Positions 63,060 to 64,000 of a stretch of DNA of 64,000 bases are shown here, in pieces. The DNA comes from Raillietiella orientalis (taxonomy: Eukaryota). The position numbers and the translations under genes are program-made. The notes beneath the pieces were generated by a model. The model was given only the letters and a program-made list of their open reading frames with translations, had not been told where the DNA came from and ran no database searches. The stretch covers positions 10,912,001 through 10,976,000 of the forward strand of contig JAYWIR010000001.1 of the NCBI GenBank assembly GCA_036172245.1, read 5' to 3'. Each line of letters begins with the position of its first letter. Within the stretch, counting starts at the first letter, position 1.

Positions 63060-64000
63060 GACTTTTCTGTTTCTCAGGCTCCCAGGAAGGGCAGTACAGG
63101 ATTGGGCGATGGGGACTGCAGAGAAAACCTCATGCCACGTGAAGCAGTGCCGCCACAGCTCCCTTGGGGTGTCTTCAGGGTAAAGCAGGGCACCCTCATT
63201 TCCGACTTCTCGGGAGAATACCGCAGTCCAGAAGAACGTGCGGGAGCGTTTCCACCTTCCCACGTCTCGCACCGTTCGGGGAGACGCTTCCCTCCGTCCA
63301 GCCGTGCAGGCGCAGGAAGCCCCAGCGCACTAAGGGCCAAGCTGCGTGCCGCCAACTGAGGAGGAGGGCGAATCCCTTCCTGAGAGTGCCATATGGAGAT
63401 GTTCCTCCCAGCGGAGGTTTTATTATTTTTTTTCTTTTTTTAGCGTGGGGCGGCGGGGTAGCTGGCTCGCCAGTCGACCGTTTGTGTGCGAGTGTCGTCA
63501 CCGTTTGCTGGGCAGCTCGAAGTCTTCCGCCGTTCCTCTCCTGCAGGAGGAGCAGCTCTGTGGCCAGAAGGGCAGCAGAAACCGTTGTGCACGTCTTCTG
63601 GCCCATCTCGCTTCTTCCAAGAACACCGCCTCAGGTTGTGAATGGGACGTGTCAAAGCAAGGTTGGTTCTCTTGACGCAGGATCCAGCTGCCATGCGCCG
63701 TGGTGTCTCTTCCGTGTCCATGGGATTGCGAAAGAGGACCTTCCATGCGCACCAGTTCCCGGGATCCATGAGGGGGAAGTGCAGATTGAACTTTGCCTCC
63801 TCCCTGGAAAGGTTCCATGCTTTTCAGAGGAACTTCCTTCCATGAGATCCGTTCTATCAGATGCAACCTTCCCTTCCATCCCCAAGCAAGAGCTGGGATA
63901 TCTCTGAGGTCCAAGAGGTCTTCCTCTCCGTCTTCTCCTATTCAACACAGTTTCTCGCATGGATTGAGCCATCGGATGGATTCCTGAGTGACCAGGCTGG
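63060..64000 (-). mobile_element. Decayed L1/Tx1-like ORF2 C-terminal region, copy J (runs off the window end)
   Basis: LVRWGF..GSVSPNGARRGKVETLPHVLLDCG parallels copy D LVHWGF..GAVSPNCKRCGEVETLPHLLLDCG. Confidence 0.75.

Overview
This is eukaryotic (metazoan-like) repetitive DNA: a nested graveyard of non-LTR retrotransposons. I recognise no intact host protein-coding gene, rRNA or CRISPR array. Main components: (1) decayed RLE-type elements of the Utopia/NeSL group (C2H2 fingers, RT, restriction-like endonuclease C-terminus). Two of them form a 3.8-kb-arm inverted duplication (1-3781 / 6021-9798), and one ends at about nt 39 of a U2 snRNA pseudogene (27501-27640), the known Utopia target site. 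(2) Many fragments of an L1/Tx1-like family (gag-knuckle ORF1; APE-RT-zf ORF2), including a 3.9-kb copy with a 12-bp TSD (53132-57042). Two copies sit antisense at the same nucleotide of the RT motif-A codons of their own relatives. (3) A dispersed tRNA-headed repeat with tandem ~40-bp monomers that may be the 5' UTR of a LINE rather than a SINE. (4) Older LINE remnants, a hAT-type MITE, a possible MULE-type MITE and several perfect hairpins. The Utopia-like 5' region carries an E2F / 3xCCAAT / CHR motif cluster resembling a cell-cycle promoter. All family calls are by motif recognition by eye, not database search. Boundaries of decayed remnants are approximate.
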